Source: Candidatus Pelagibacter sp. HTCC7211
GTDB taxonomy: Bacteria > Pseudomonadota > Alphaproteobacteria > Pelagibacterales > Pelagibacteraceae
DNA length: 32,000 bases
Assembly (NCBI RefSeq): GCF_000155895.1
Contig: NZ_DS995298.1
Coordinates: forward strand, 300,001 to 332,000
Direction: 5' to 3'
Below are positions 1 through 7,592 of the stretch, piece by piece (position 1 is the first letter of the stretch; every line of letters starts with the position of its first letter). The notes under the pieces were generated by a model, which saw nothing but the letters and a program-made list of their open reading frames with translations, had not been told where the DNA came from and ran no database searches. Made by a program: the position numbers and the translations under genes.

Positions 1-499
1 AACAGTTTATGAAGTAGTTATGGCTTATGCTTTTAATAAGCCAACTTTGTGGAATTTTGATTTTAGCATGCAAATGTATGGTGCAATTCTTATGATGTCT
101 GGTGCATATTGTTTAGCAACAGAAGCTCATGTAAGGGGTGATGTTATTTATAGGTTGTTTAGTCAAAGAACCCAAGCATGGATAGATCTAGTTCTTTATT
201 TCATATTTTTTTTCCCAGGTGTTGTTGCTTTAGCATTTTATGGATACGAGTACGCGGCGCTTGCATGGAAAATCAAAGAAACTAGCTGGAGTAGCCCAGC
301 ACAAATTCAAATTTACATGGTTAAATCCATGATACCAGCTGCAGGTACTTTATTAATTATTCAAGGCATTAGTGAAGTGTGCAGATCAATAATATGTATT
401 CAAGAAGGTCAATGGCCAGCAAGGATGGTTGTTGCAGAAGAAACTGAGCAAGTACTGATGAGAGCAGCTCAAGATGAGGATAAAAACAATGTTAATTAG
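1..499 (+). CDS. TRAP-type transporter small membrane subunit (DctQ-like); 5' end probably cut by the window edge
   Basis: The reading frame of the 20..499 ORF stays open back to base 2 with no stop. The protein is hydrophobic and multi-helix. The EAHVRGD segment lies only about 35 aa after the first Met, which suggests an N-terminal helix is missing. It overlaps the next gene (DctM-like) by 26 nt, a typical dctQM arrangement. Confidence 0.7.
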   Translation, partial: TVYEVVMAYAFNKPTLWNFDFSMQMYGAILMMSGAYCLATEAHVRGDVIYRLFSQRTQAWIDLVLYFIFFFPGVVALAFYGYEYAALAWKIKETSWSSPAQIQIYMVKSMIPAAGTLLIIQGISEVCRSIICIQEGQWPARMVVAEETEQVLMRAAQDEDKNNVN

Positions 500-1850
500 T
501 CTAACCAATCCAGAAGTAGCAATTTTAATGATGGGAATATTCCTGTTTGCTGTGCTTTTAGGATTCCCGATTGCTTTTACTTTAATGGCAATGGGAATTG
601 GTTTTGGTTATTACGCTTATTACGATGCTACCATGATGGAGCACATATTTGATAATAGAATTTTCCAATTATTTGTTCAAAACACTTACACGGTAATGGA
701 TAACAACGTGCTCACAGCGGTACCTCTATTTTTATTTATGGGTTATCTTGTTGAAAGAGCCGGAATAGTTGCAAAATTATTCTTTGCAATAAGATTAGCA
801 GCTCACAGACTTCCAGCATCAATGGCAGTTGCTGCATTAATTACGTGTACATTATTTTCAACAGCAACAGGAATTATTGGCGCGGTAGTTACCTTAATGG
901 GGCTACTTGCATGGCCAGCAATGGTTAAAGCTGGTTATGATAAAAAGTTTGCTTCAGGAATAATTTGTGCTGGTGGATGTTTAGGCATCTTAATTCCACC
1001 GAGTATTATGTTAATTGTTTATTCAGTAATCGCACAATTATCTCCATTAAGATTATTTGCTGCAGCAATTTTTCCAGGCCTTATGTTGGCAGGTCTTTAT
1101 ATAGCTTATGCTGTTACAAGGGCATGGTTAAATCCATCACTAGCTCCTAGGCCGCCTGCAGAAGATATTCCACCAAGATCAGAAATTTTGAAGGAAGTAT
1201 TAGTTTCATTTGTTCCATTATTTGGGTTAATAATGTTGGTTTTAGGTACTATTTTAGCTGGAATTGCTACACCTGCAGAAGCAGCAGCAGCAGGGGCTTT
1301 TGGCGCAATACTTTTGTCTTGGTTTTATAAAACACTTAAGTGGCAAAATTTTAAAGAGTCAGTTTTTTTAACTGCTAAAACTACCGCAATGATTATGTGG
1401 TTATTTATTGGATCTTGGACATTCTCATCTGTGTTTTCTTATTTAGGTGGTCACGAAGTATTTGAACATTTTTTTACTTCAATTAATATTACAACTTGGC
1501 AATTTTTGGTTATCACTCAAATAATAATTTTTCTTTTAGGTTGGCCACTAGAATGGACTGAGATTTTAATTATCTTTGTTCCAATATTTTTACCTCTATT
1601 AGAAGTATTTAATGTAAATCCATATTTTTTCGCAATGTTAATTGCTCTAAATTTACAGACATCTTTTTTAACTCCACCGATGGCTATGTCAGCCTATTAC
1701 TTAAAAGGTGTGCAAAAAACTAATGTTGAGTTGATGGAAATATTTAGAGGAATTATGCCATTTTTAGGAATTGTAATTTTTGCAATGTTTTTAATGTATA
1801 TGTTTCCAGGTATAGCTTTATGGCTACCAGAAACATTATTTGCTGATTAA
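474..1850 (+). CDS. TRAP-type transporter large permease subunit (DctM-like)
   Basis: 458-aa polytopic membrane protein with many hydrophobic segments and DctM-like stretches (GFPIAFTLMAMG, TGIIGAVVTLMG, PPSIMLIVY, LTPPMAMSAYY). The start could be 474 or the ATG at 489. The substrate cannot be read from the sequence. Confidence 0.85.
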   Translation: MRIKTMLISLTNPEVAILMMGIFLFAVLLGFPIAFTLMAMGIGFGYYAYYDATMMEHIFDNRIFQLFVQNTYTVMDNNVLTAVPLFLFMGYLVERAGIVAKLFFAIRLAAHRLPASMAVAALITCTLFSTATGIIGAVVTLMGLLAWPAMVKAGYDKKFASGIICAGGCLGILIPPSIMLIVYSVIAQLSPLRLFAAAIFPGLMLAGLYIAYAVTRAWLNPSLAPRPPAEDIPPRSEILKEVLVSFVPLFGLIMLVLGTILAGIATPAEAAAAGAFGAILLSWFYKTLKWQNFKESVFLTAKTTAMIMWLFIGSWTFSSVFSYLGGHEVFEHFFTSINITTWQFLVITQIIIFLLGWPLEWTEILIIFVPIFLPLLEVFNVNPYFFAMLIALNLQTSFLTPPMAMSAYYLKGVQKTNVELMEIFRGIMPFLGIVIFAMFLMYMFPGIALWLPETLFAD

Positions 1851-1852
1851 AA

Positions 1853-3181
1853 ATGACAGACATATTTTCGTTAAAAGTTGAAGAAATTGTATCTAAGATT
1901 AAAGATGCTCAACTTACTTCTGTAGAAATTTGTGAAAAGTATATTGAAAGAATAAATAAGTTTGAAAAAGATGTAAAAGCTTGGGTTTACTTCGATAAAA
2001 AGCTTTTATTAGAAAAAGCACAAGAGGCAGACGATCATAGAAGAGCTGGAAAACCAACAGGTCCATTGCATGGAATACCTATAGCTCTAAAAGATATAAT
2101 CGGCACAATAGATATGCCAACAGAGTGTGGTACACCAATTAGAAAAGGTAAATCTTATTCTCAAAATGCTGAAATAATAGATTTACTTTTATCAGCGGGG
2201 GCAATTGTTATGGGTAAAACAGCAACGTCAGAGCTTGCTTTTTTAGGCCCTTCAAAAACTACCAATCCTCATGATTACACTAGAACTCCCGGAGGTTCAT
2301 CGAGTGGATCTGCAGCTTCTGTTGCATCTTTTATGGCACCATTATCAATTGGTTCTCAAACTGGAGGCTCAGTTATTAGACCTGCATCTTATTGTGGCGT
2401 TGTTGGATATAAACCAACATATGGATTAATTTCTAGAAATGGTGTTTTAAAAACGTCTGAAAAATTAGATCACATAGGAGTTTTTGGAAGATCAGTAGAA
2501 GATGTTGCCTTGCTTGCAAAAGTTCTAATCAAAAAAGATAATCAGGATAAAGCCACAATTCATTATTCAAGTGAAGATATGTTGATTGAAACTAAAAAAG
2601 GACCATTGTTTGAACCAAAATTTATTTTTTATAAAACTGATAATTGGAAGTTGATAGAAAAAAAATCTAGAGACGCTTTTGAATATTTCATAAAATCATT
2701 TAAAAAGAATATAGAAGTTTTTGATACACCATCTTATTTTAAAGATATCCATAAATATCATCAAATAATTCATGAAACGGATTTAGCAAATAATTTTGGT
2801 CTCTATTATAAAAAATATAAAAAAAAATTATCTAAGTATATGCAGGATGCAATTGTAAAAGGAAATAAACATTCCGCTAAAGATTATGCTGAAGCAATAG
2901 ATTTTATGAAAAGAAGCTACGATTCTTATGAAGAAGTATTCGAAGATTATCACGGTGTTTTAACACCTTCTAGTCCAGGTGTTGCCCCAAAAGGTTTAAA
3001 AAGTACTGGCACGGCAGAATTTAATAAGGTTTGGTCGTATCTTGGCACTCCTTGTATTTCTTTACCACTGCTTCAAGGCGAAAATAATATGCCTTTAGGA
3101 GTACAACTTGTTGGAGCCCGTTACGATGATCATAGATTTTTAGGTGTTGCTAATTGGCTAGAAAAGGAATGTAATAAATAA
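1853..3181 (+). CDS. Amidase-signature (AS) family amidase
   Basis: 442 aa. It has the catalytic Lys context PIALKDII and the Gly/Ser-rich AS signature GGSSSGSAASVA ... GSQTGGSVIRPA. It starts 2 nt after the DctM stop. No gatB or gatC is nearby, so I do not call it gatA. Confidence 0.85.
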   Translation: MTDIFSLKVEEIVSKIKDAQLTSVEICEKYIERINKFEKDVKAWVYFDKKLLLEKAQEADDHRRAGKPTGPLHGIPIALKDIIGTIDMPTECGTPIRKGKSYSQNAEIIDLLLSAGAIVMGKTATSELAFLGPSKTTNPHDYTRTPGGSSSGSAASVASFMAPLSIGSQTGGSVIRPASYCGVVGYKPTYGLISRNGVLKTSEKLDHIGVFGRSVEDVALLAKVLIKKDNQDKATIHYSSEDMLIETKKGPLFEPKFIFYKTDNWKLIEKKSRDAFEYFIKSFKKNIEVFDTPSYFKDIHKYHQIIHETDLANNFGLYYKKYKKKLSKYMQDAIVKGNKHSAKDYAEAIDFMKRSYDSYEEVFEDYHGVLTPSSPGVAPKGLKSTGTAEFNKVWSYLGTPCISLPLLQGENNMPLGVQLVGARYDDHRFLGVANWLEKECNK

Positions 3182-3182
3182 A

Positions 3183-3359
3183 ATGCAAAAATTTACAACA
3201 TTATTAGGCACTATACTTGCAGCATCTTTTCTAATTGGTTTAGCAACAACTTTAACTAGATCTTCAATGATAGGTTTCTTTGATGTATTGCCTGTTTATA
3301 TATTAATGGCTATTGCAATCTTTATGATGGTCTATGAAGCTTTCTTTGACAGAAAATAG
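3183..3359 (+). CDS. Small hydrophobic protein, 58 aa, two predicted TM helices (absent from the supplied ORF track)
   Basis: Hand translation from ATG 3183 to TAG 3357-3359 gives MQKFTTLLGTILAASFLIGLATTLTRSSMIGFFDVLPVYILMAIAIFMMVYEAFFDRK. The ATG lies 1 nt after the amidase stop. Without this ORF the region would be a 196-nt non-coding gap, which would be unusual in this window. Confidence 0.5.
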   Translation: MQKFTTLLGTILAASFLIGLATTLTRSSMIGFFDVLPVYILMAIAIFMMVYEAFFDRK

Positions 3360-3377
3360 TTCTTAATTGATAAAAAG

Positions 3378-4283
3378 TTGCTTAATAAAAAAAATAATTT
3401 TTTAGCTTTTTCACTTTTACTTATTCAACCTATATTTATGGCATCTAATTTAATAGTTGCTAGAGGAGGAGTTGAATATGTGCCTCCTATCTCATTAGCT
3501 TTCTGGAGGTGGGCTGTCGTTGTTTTAATACTTCTGCCTTTTACTTTTTCACTTCTGATAAATAATTTTAAGATAATTAAAAAAGAATTTAAAAAATTAT
3601 TCTTCTTAGGTTCTATGGGTTGTGGTGTGTGTGGTGCATTTCCATTTTTAGCAGGAGAAACAACAACAGTTACAAACATGGGAATTATTTATACCTCTTC
3701 ACCTATATTCATCATTTTAATTTCAGCAATATTTTTTAATGAAAAAATTAATTTTATGAAAATTATTGGATTGATATCATGTTTGATAGGTGTTTTTGCA
3801 ATCATTATAAAAGGTGACTTAAATTTATTATTAAATCTGAATTTTACTATTGGTGATTTATGGATGTTGGCTGCTGCTATTGGTTGGGCTCTTTATTCAA
3901 TATATCTATTTTACTGGAAATCAGAGCTACCGATATTTCAAAGATTTACATTAGTGGCTTTTTTTGGAGCAATTAGTTTGCTTCCTTTTTACATAATTGA
4001 AGAAGTAGTTGTTCAGAGAACTTCATTTAATTTACAGTTTTTTTTATGGGTTGTTTTTGCAGCAATATCTCCGGGAATAATTGCTTTTACTCTTTATACT
4101 CAAGCACAAAAAAGTCTCGGAGCATCATTAACCGGTTTCACCCTTTACGTTTTTACAATTTACGCTGCAATTTATGGTTTTATATTTTTTGATGAAAAAC
4201 TAGAAACCTTTCATTATATAGGTACAGTATTAGTGTTCATTGGTGTTTATCTAGCTAAAAAAAATTATGAAACTAAAACGTAG
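3378..4283 (+). CDS. EamA/DMT-superfamily permease (RhaT-like, 10-TM type)
   Basis: 301-aa protein with two similar five-helix hydrophobic halves, typical of EamA-domain transporters. The track start is a TTG at 3378; an in-frame ATG at 3440 is an alternative start. Confidence 0.8.
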   Translation: MLNKKNNFLAFSLLLIQPIFMASNLIVARGGVEYVPPISLAFWRWAVVVLILLPFTFSLLINNFKIIKKEFKKLFFLGSMGCGVCGAFPFLAGETTTVTNMGIIYTSSPIFIILISAIFFNEKINFMKIIGLISCLIGVFAIIIKGDLNLLLNLNFTIGDLWMLAAAIGWALYSIYLFYWKSELPIFQRFTLVAFFGAISLLPFYIIEEVVVQRTSFNLQFFLWVVFAAISPGIIAFTLYTQAQKSLGASLTGFTLYVFTIYAAIYGFIFFDEKLETFHYIGTVLVFIGVYLAKKNYETKT

Positions 4284-5085
4284 GAACTTTTTTTTGGAAT
4301 TAATTATTGGAATTATTGTTATTTACGCTTCTGTATTAATTTTACTTTTTATTTTTCAGCGAAGTTTAATGTATCACCCCCAAGAAAATAATTATTTTGG
4401 CGATAAGTTGGAAGTAGAAATAGAAAAAGTTAAGATCAAAACTTCAGACGATATAGATTTACTAGGTTGGTTTCATAAAAAAGATCTGAAGAACTTTAAA
4501 ACAATTGTTTATTTTCATGGCAATGCGGGGAATCTTAAAAATAGAATTTATAAATTAAATCATTTTAAAGATATGGATGTTAATTTTTTAATAATAGCCT
4601 GGAGAGGTTTTAGTGGTAATTCAGGAAAACCTACTGAAAAAGGGCTTTATAATGATGCTAAAAGTGCAATTATATGGCTTAAGAAATTAGGCTTAACTGA
4701 AAAAGATATTGTGATTTATGGAGAGTCACTTGGCTCTGGAGTTGCAACAGAGATAGCTCAAAATAGTAACTTTGCGGGTTTAGTTCTTGAGACACCCTTT
4801 ACCTCAATGATTGATGCAGCAAAAAATTTTTATCCATATATTCCAGTGTCTCTTTTATTGAAAGATAAATATGATAATCAAAATAAAATTAAAAACATAA
4901 ATATTCCAGTACTAGTAATGCATGGTGAAGCTGATCAGATAGTACCTTTTTGGATGGGTAAAAGAATTTTTGAAATAGCTAATGAACCTAAATATTCTTA
5001 TTTCACAAAATTTGATGATCATATGATGGAATATGATGAAAAGCTTGTATTAGCTTTAAAGGTATTTTTTAAGAGTTTAAATTAA
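4267..5085 (+). CDS. Alpha/beta hydrolase, BEM46/ABHD13-like, with an N-terminal membrane anchor
   Basis: 272 aa with an N-terminal hydrophobic helix (FFLELIIGIIVIYASVLILLFIF), an HGNAGN motif, the nucleophile elbow GESLGSG, and HGEADQIVP and DDH near the C-terminus that could supply the acid and His. It overlaps the EamA gene by 17 nt. Confidence 0.8.
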   Translation: MKLKRRNFFLELIIGIIVIYASVLILLFIFQRSLMYHPQENNYFGDKLEVEIEKVKIKTSDDIDLLGWFHKKDLKNFKTIVYFHGNAGNLKNRIYKLNHFKDMDVNFLIIAWRGFSGNSGKPTEKGLYNDAKSAIIWLKKLGLTEKDIVIYGESLGSGVATEIAQNSNFAGLVLETPFTSMIDAAKNFYPYIPVSLLLKDKYDNQNKIKNINIPVLVMHGEADQIVPFWMGKRIFEIANEPKYSYFTKFDDHMMEYDEKLVLALKVFFKSLN

Positions 5086-5133
5086 GCCACATTCTAAACA
5101 AATATAACACAAAATCTTTTTTAATGTTTAAGT

Positions 5134-5697
5134 GTGAAAAAATTACTTTTAATTTCAGTTATTTTATTTTTGTTTAAAAATTCTCTATTTGCTCAAGATA
5201 ATAAACTTATGGTTGATAATTTATTTCATATCGACCAAATGAATTCACATGATGAAAATTTCGCTTTGTATTTTAAATCAAGAGAAAAAGCAATTTTAGC
5301 AAGAGGTGAAAATAGTAACTATATAAATGATTTTCCTAAAGACTTATTTATATATGATTATAAAACAAAAAGCTCTTCTCCTTTAATTTCTTACGAATGG
5401 TTTCCGGCTAGAGCAAAATATTTTTTAAAAGAATATAGTTTTCCAGTTTTTCCTGATGATTTTGCCTATTATCTTTTAGAGGATAATAGGACATTGGTAA
5501 TGATTAGTGCAGTAAAAAGTTTAAATAAAAACTTTAAGTTTGATATTAGTAAAAAAAAATTAGAACTTTATCCAAAAAATGGAAAATTTAATTTTATAAT
5601 TTCGTCTATTGCTAAAAGTTGTGGTCACAACAATTTTAATGATAATTACAAGTGTAGCTTCTATAAACCTTTAATTTCAAGCACTTTGATTAAGTAA
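5134..5697 (+). CDS. Hypothetical exported protein (signal peptide; no recognisable domain)
   Basis: A GTG start gives MKKLLLISVILFLFKNSLFA|QD, a classic signal peptide (Lys-Lys, hydrophobic core, small residues before the cleavage site). The remaining sequence of about 165 aa is Asn/Lys/Phe-rich with no motif I recognise. Confidence 0.6.
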   Translation: MKKLLLISVILFLFKNSLFAQDNKLMVDNLFHIDQMNSHDENFALYFKSREKAILARGENSNYINDFPKDLFIYDYKTKSSSPLISYEWFPARAKYFLKEYSFPVFPDDFAYYLLEDNRTLVMISAVKSLNKNFKFDISKKKLELYPKNGKFNFIISSIAKSCGHNNFNDNYKCSFYKPLISSTLIK

Positions 5698-6607
5698 TTT
5701 GTGTAAATGCTTCAGCAAATTTTTCAGCCTCGAAAATTTGAAGATCATCTTCTTTTTCTCCTAAACCTAAAGCTATAATTGGAAGTTTAAATTTTTTAGC
5801 AACAGCCAAAAGAATTCCTCCTTTTGCTGTGCCATCTAATTTTGTCATTATGAGACCAGTAATTGGAATAATTTTATTAAACTCTTCAACTTGATTAATC
5901 ACATTTTGGCCGGAAGTTGCATCTAAAACTAAAATTACATCATGAGGTGCCTCAGGGTCCATTTTTTTTGTAACATTCGCAATTTTTTTATATTCCTCCA
6001 TTAAATTTTTTTTATTTTGCAATCGTCCTGCTGTATCAATTAAAACTTGATCAAAATTATTAGCAATTGCTTCCTCTATAGCTTTAAAAGCAACTGAAGC
6101 AGGGTCTGCACCTTGTGAAGATTTTGTTATTTCAACATCTACTTTGTTTGCCCAATTTTCTAATTGTTCGATAGCTGCGGCTCTAAAAGTATCCGATGCA
6201 GCAAGCATAACTTTATTCCCATTTGCTTTTAATATTTTGCTGATTTTTCCAATAGTCGTAGTTTTTCCTACGCCATTTACACCTGAAATTAATGTGGCAG
6301 AAATTTTTTCTTTCTTGTTAAAAAAATTATTATTTTCAAGAGGTTTCATCAATGAAATTATATAATCTTTTAAGATAGTCCTAATTTCGTCAGCAATATC
6401 TTTGTTTGGATCAATTTTACTATCTGTAATTATTTCTTTAATTTCGGATGCTGCAACAACACCAACATCAGATTGAATTAAATACTCTTCTATTCTATCT
6501 AAAGTTTTGTCATCAATTTCTTTTTTTACAACTATATCTCTTAAACCGGATGTAAAAGCTGATGCACTTTTTTTAAAACCAGATTTGAAGTTATCAAAAA
6601 TTCCCAT
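5690..6607 (-). CDS. ftsY: Signal recognition particle receptor FtsY (short form without an acidic A domain)
   Basis: SRP-GTPase NG domain motifs are present: GVNGVGKTTTIGK (G1), DTAGR (G3), TKLDGTAKGG (G4). At 305 aa it has only a short amphipathic N-terminus. Confidence 0.95.
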   Translation of the reverse strand: MGIFDNFKSGFKKSASAFTSGLRDIVVKKEIDDKTLDRIEEYLIQSDVGVVAASEIKEIITDSKIDPNKDIADEIRTILKDYIISLMKPLENNNFFNKKEKISATLISGVNGVGKTTTIGKISKILKANGNKVMLAASDTFRAAAIEQLENWANKVDVEITKSSQGADPASVAFKAIEEAIANNFDQVLIDTAGRLQNKKNLMEEYKKIANVTKKMDPEAPHDVILVLDATSGQNVINQVEEFNKIIPITGLIMTKLDGTAKGGILLAVAKKFKLPIIALGLGEKEDDLQIFEAEKFAEAFTQIT

Positions 6608-7431
6608 TAAATTTTAATCTCAATATTTTTAATGTCTGAGACTGGCCCTTTCATATGGATACTATTATCTTTATCAATAGAAATTGTTAGTTTGCCCAAT
6701 GCAAATTCAACATCAGCTTGTTTATCTGTTAATCCATTTATATTTGCAGCTACAACTGTAGCACACGCTGCAGTACCACAAGCTTTTGTAAGTCCTGCTC
6801 CTCTCTCCCAAACTTTCACTTTAATCAAATTTCTATTAATAACTTTTGCAAGAGTTACATTACATTTTTCTGGAAAATAATTGTGATTTTCTATTTCAGG
6901 ACCAATTTTTTTTAAATCATAATCTTCGATATCATCTATAAAAAAAACAACATGAGGGTTTCCAACATTAATTGAAGTTCCCCCAATATGCTCATTATTA
7001 TTTTTACTAATAATTTTAATATTCAAATTTTTTGTGTTTAAATCTTTTTTAAGCGGAATTTCATCCCAGTTAGTTTTTGCAACACCAATTTCAGTTTCTA
7101 CTAAATTATTGCCTAAAATTTTTGATTTAAGTGTTCCAGAAGATGTCCAAAGTATAATTTCTTTATCATCGCTTTCTTTTGACAACAATTCAGCAACACA
7201 TCTTGTGCCATTCCCACAAGCACCAGAAATACTACCATCTGAATTGTAAAATTCTAATTCAGCATCTTTTTTGCCACTATTTTTAATGAAAATTAACTGA
7301 TCACATCCAATGAAATCTCGACCACATATTTTAATTATTTGATCTTTACTTAGATTATAATTTTGACTTCTTTGGTCTATGATCACAAAATCATTACCTA
7401 AACCGTCCATTTTAAAAGCTTTAATATCCAT
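6607..7431 (-). CDS. dapF: Diaminopimelate epimerase
   Basis: 274 aa with GNDFVIID at the N-terminus and both catalytic Cys contexts (NSDGSISGACGNGTRC and ERGAGLTKACGTAACA). Its stop shares 1 nt with the ftsY start. Confidence 0.95.
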   Translation of the reverse strand: MDIKAFKMDGLGNDFVIIDQRSQNYNLSKDQIIKICGRDFIGCDQLIFIKNSGKKDAELEFYNSDGSISGACGNGTRCVAELLSKESDDKEIILWTSSGTLKSKILGNNLVETEIGVAKTNWDEIPLKKDLNTKNLNIKIISKNNNEHIGGTSINVGNPHVVFFIDDIEDYDLKKIGPEIENHNYFPEKCNVTLAKVINRNLIKVKVWERGAGLTKACGTAACATVVAANINGLTDKQADVEFALGKLTISIDKDNSIHMKGPVSDIKNIEIKI

Positions 7432-7491
7432 ATATAGATATTTAACTTATTTATTGACTTTTTGAACCTCTATTATAGGTTGTCGTCGTTT

Positions 7492-7568
7492 CCGCAAAAA
7501 CATTAACTTTGCGGTGTCTTTGGAAACAAAGAGATCGACACTAGTCAGCGAGGCTTCGCCCACTAGTG
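7492..7568 (+). ncRNA. Candidate structured RNA element: three consecutive hairpins in the 161-bp dapF/ffh spacer. Family unknown, strand tentative.
   Basis: Hairpin A: ccgcaaa (7492-7498) pairs with tttgcgg (7508-7514). Hairpin B: tctttg (7517-7522) pairs with caaaga (7527-7532) around a GAAA tetraloop. Hairpin C: cactagt (7539-7545) pairs with actagtg (7562-7568), enclosing gcga-GGCT-tcgc (7548-7559). G+C here is about 50%, far above the surroundings. The GNRA-type loop exists only on the plus strand. Confidence 0.35.
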
Positions 7569-7592
7569 CGATTACTGCTGTGCGTAATAAAT

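Noticed and set aside
1853-3181. Annotating the amidase as GatA (Glu-tRNA-Gln amidotransferase subunit A)
   Set aside because: At 442 aa it is shorter than typical GatA, it has no gatC or gatB neighbours, and it is coupled to a TRAP transporter. A generic AS-family amidase is the safer call.
7478-7592. Possibility that the structured spacer element is SRP (4.5S) RNA, tmRNA, a tRNA or a known riboswitch
   Set aside because: On either strand it lacks the SRP helix-8 signature (GGAA-type tetraloop with the AGG/AGCA loop), a T-loop or acceptor-like GGTTCGA...CCA, and any riboswitch core I recognise. I kept it only as an unclassified candidate.
7566-7592. Upstream GTG start for ffh (adds MRLLLCVIN), the upstream start for mdh at 24876, and the TTG start for rplS at 10173
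   Set aside because: The conserved N-termini begin at ATG 7593 (MFENLT), ATG 24939 ([10 protein letters not shown], preceded by AAGGA) and ATG 10188 (MKTIEEINQ). The mdh extension would also overlap the mmsA coding sequence by 55 nt.
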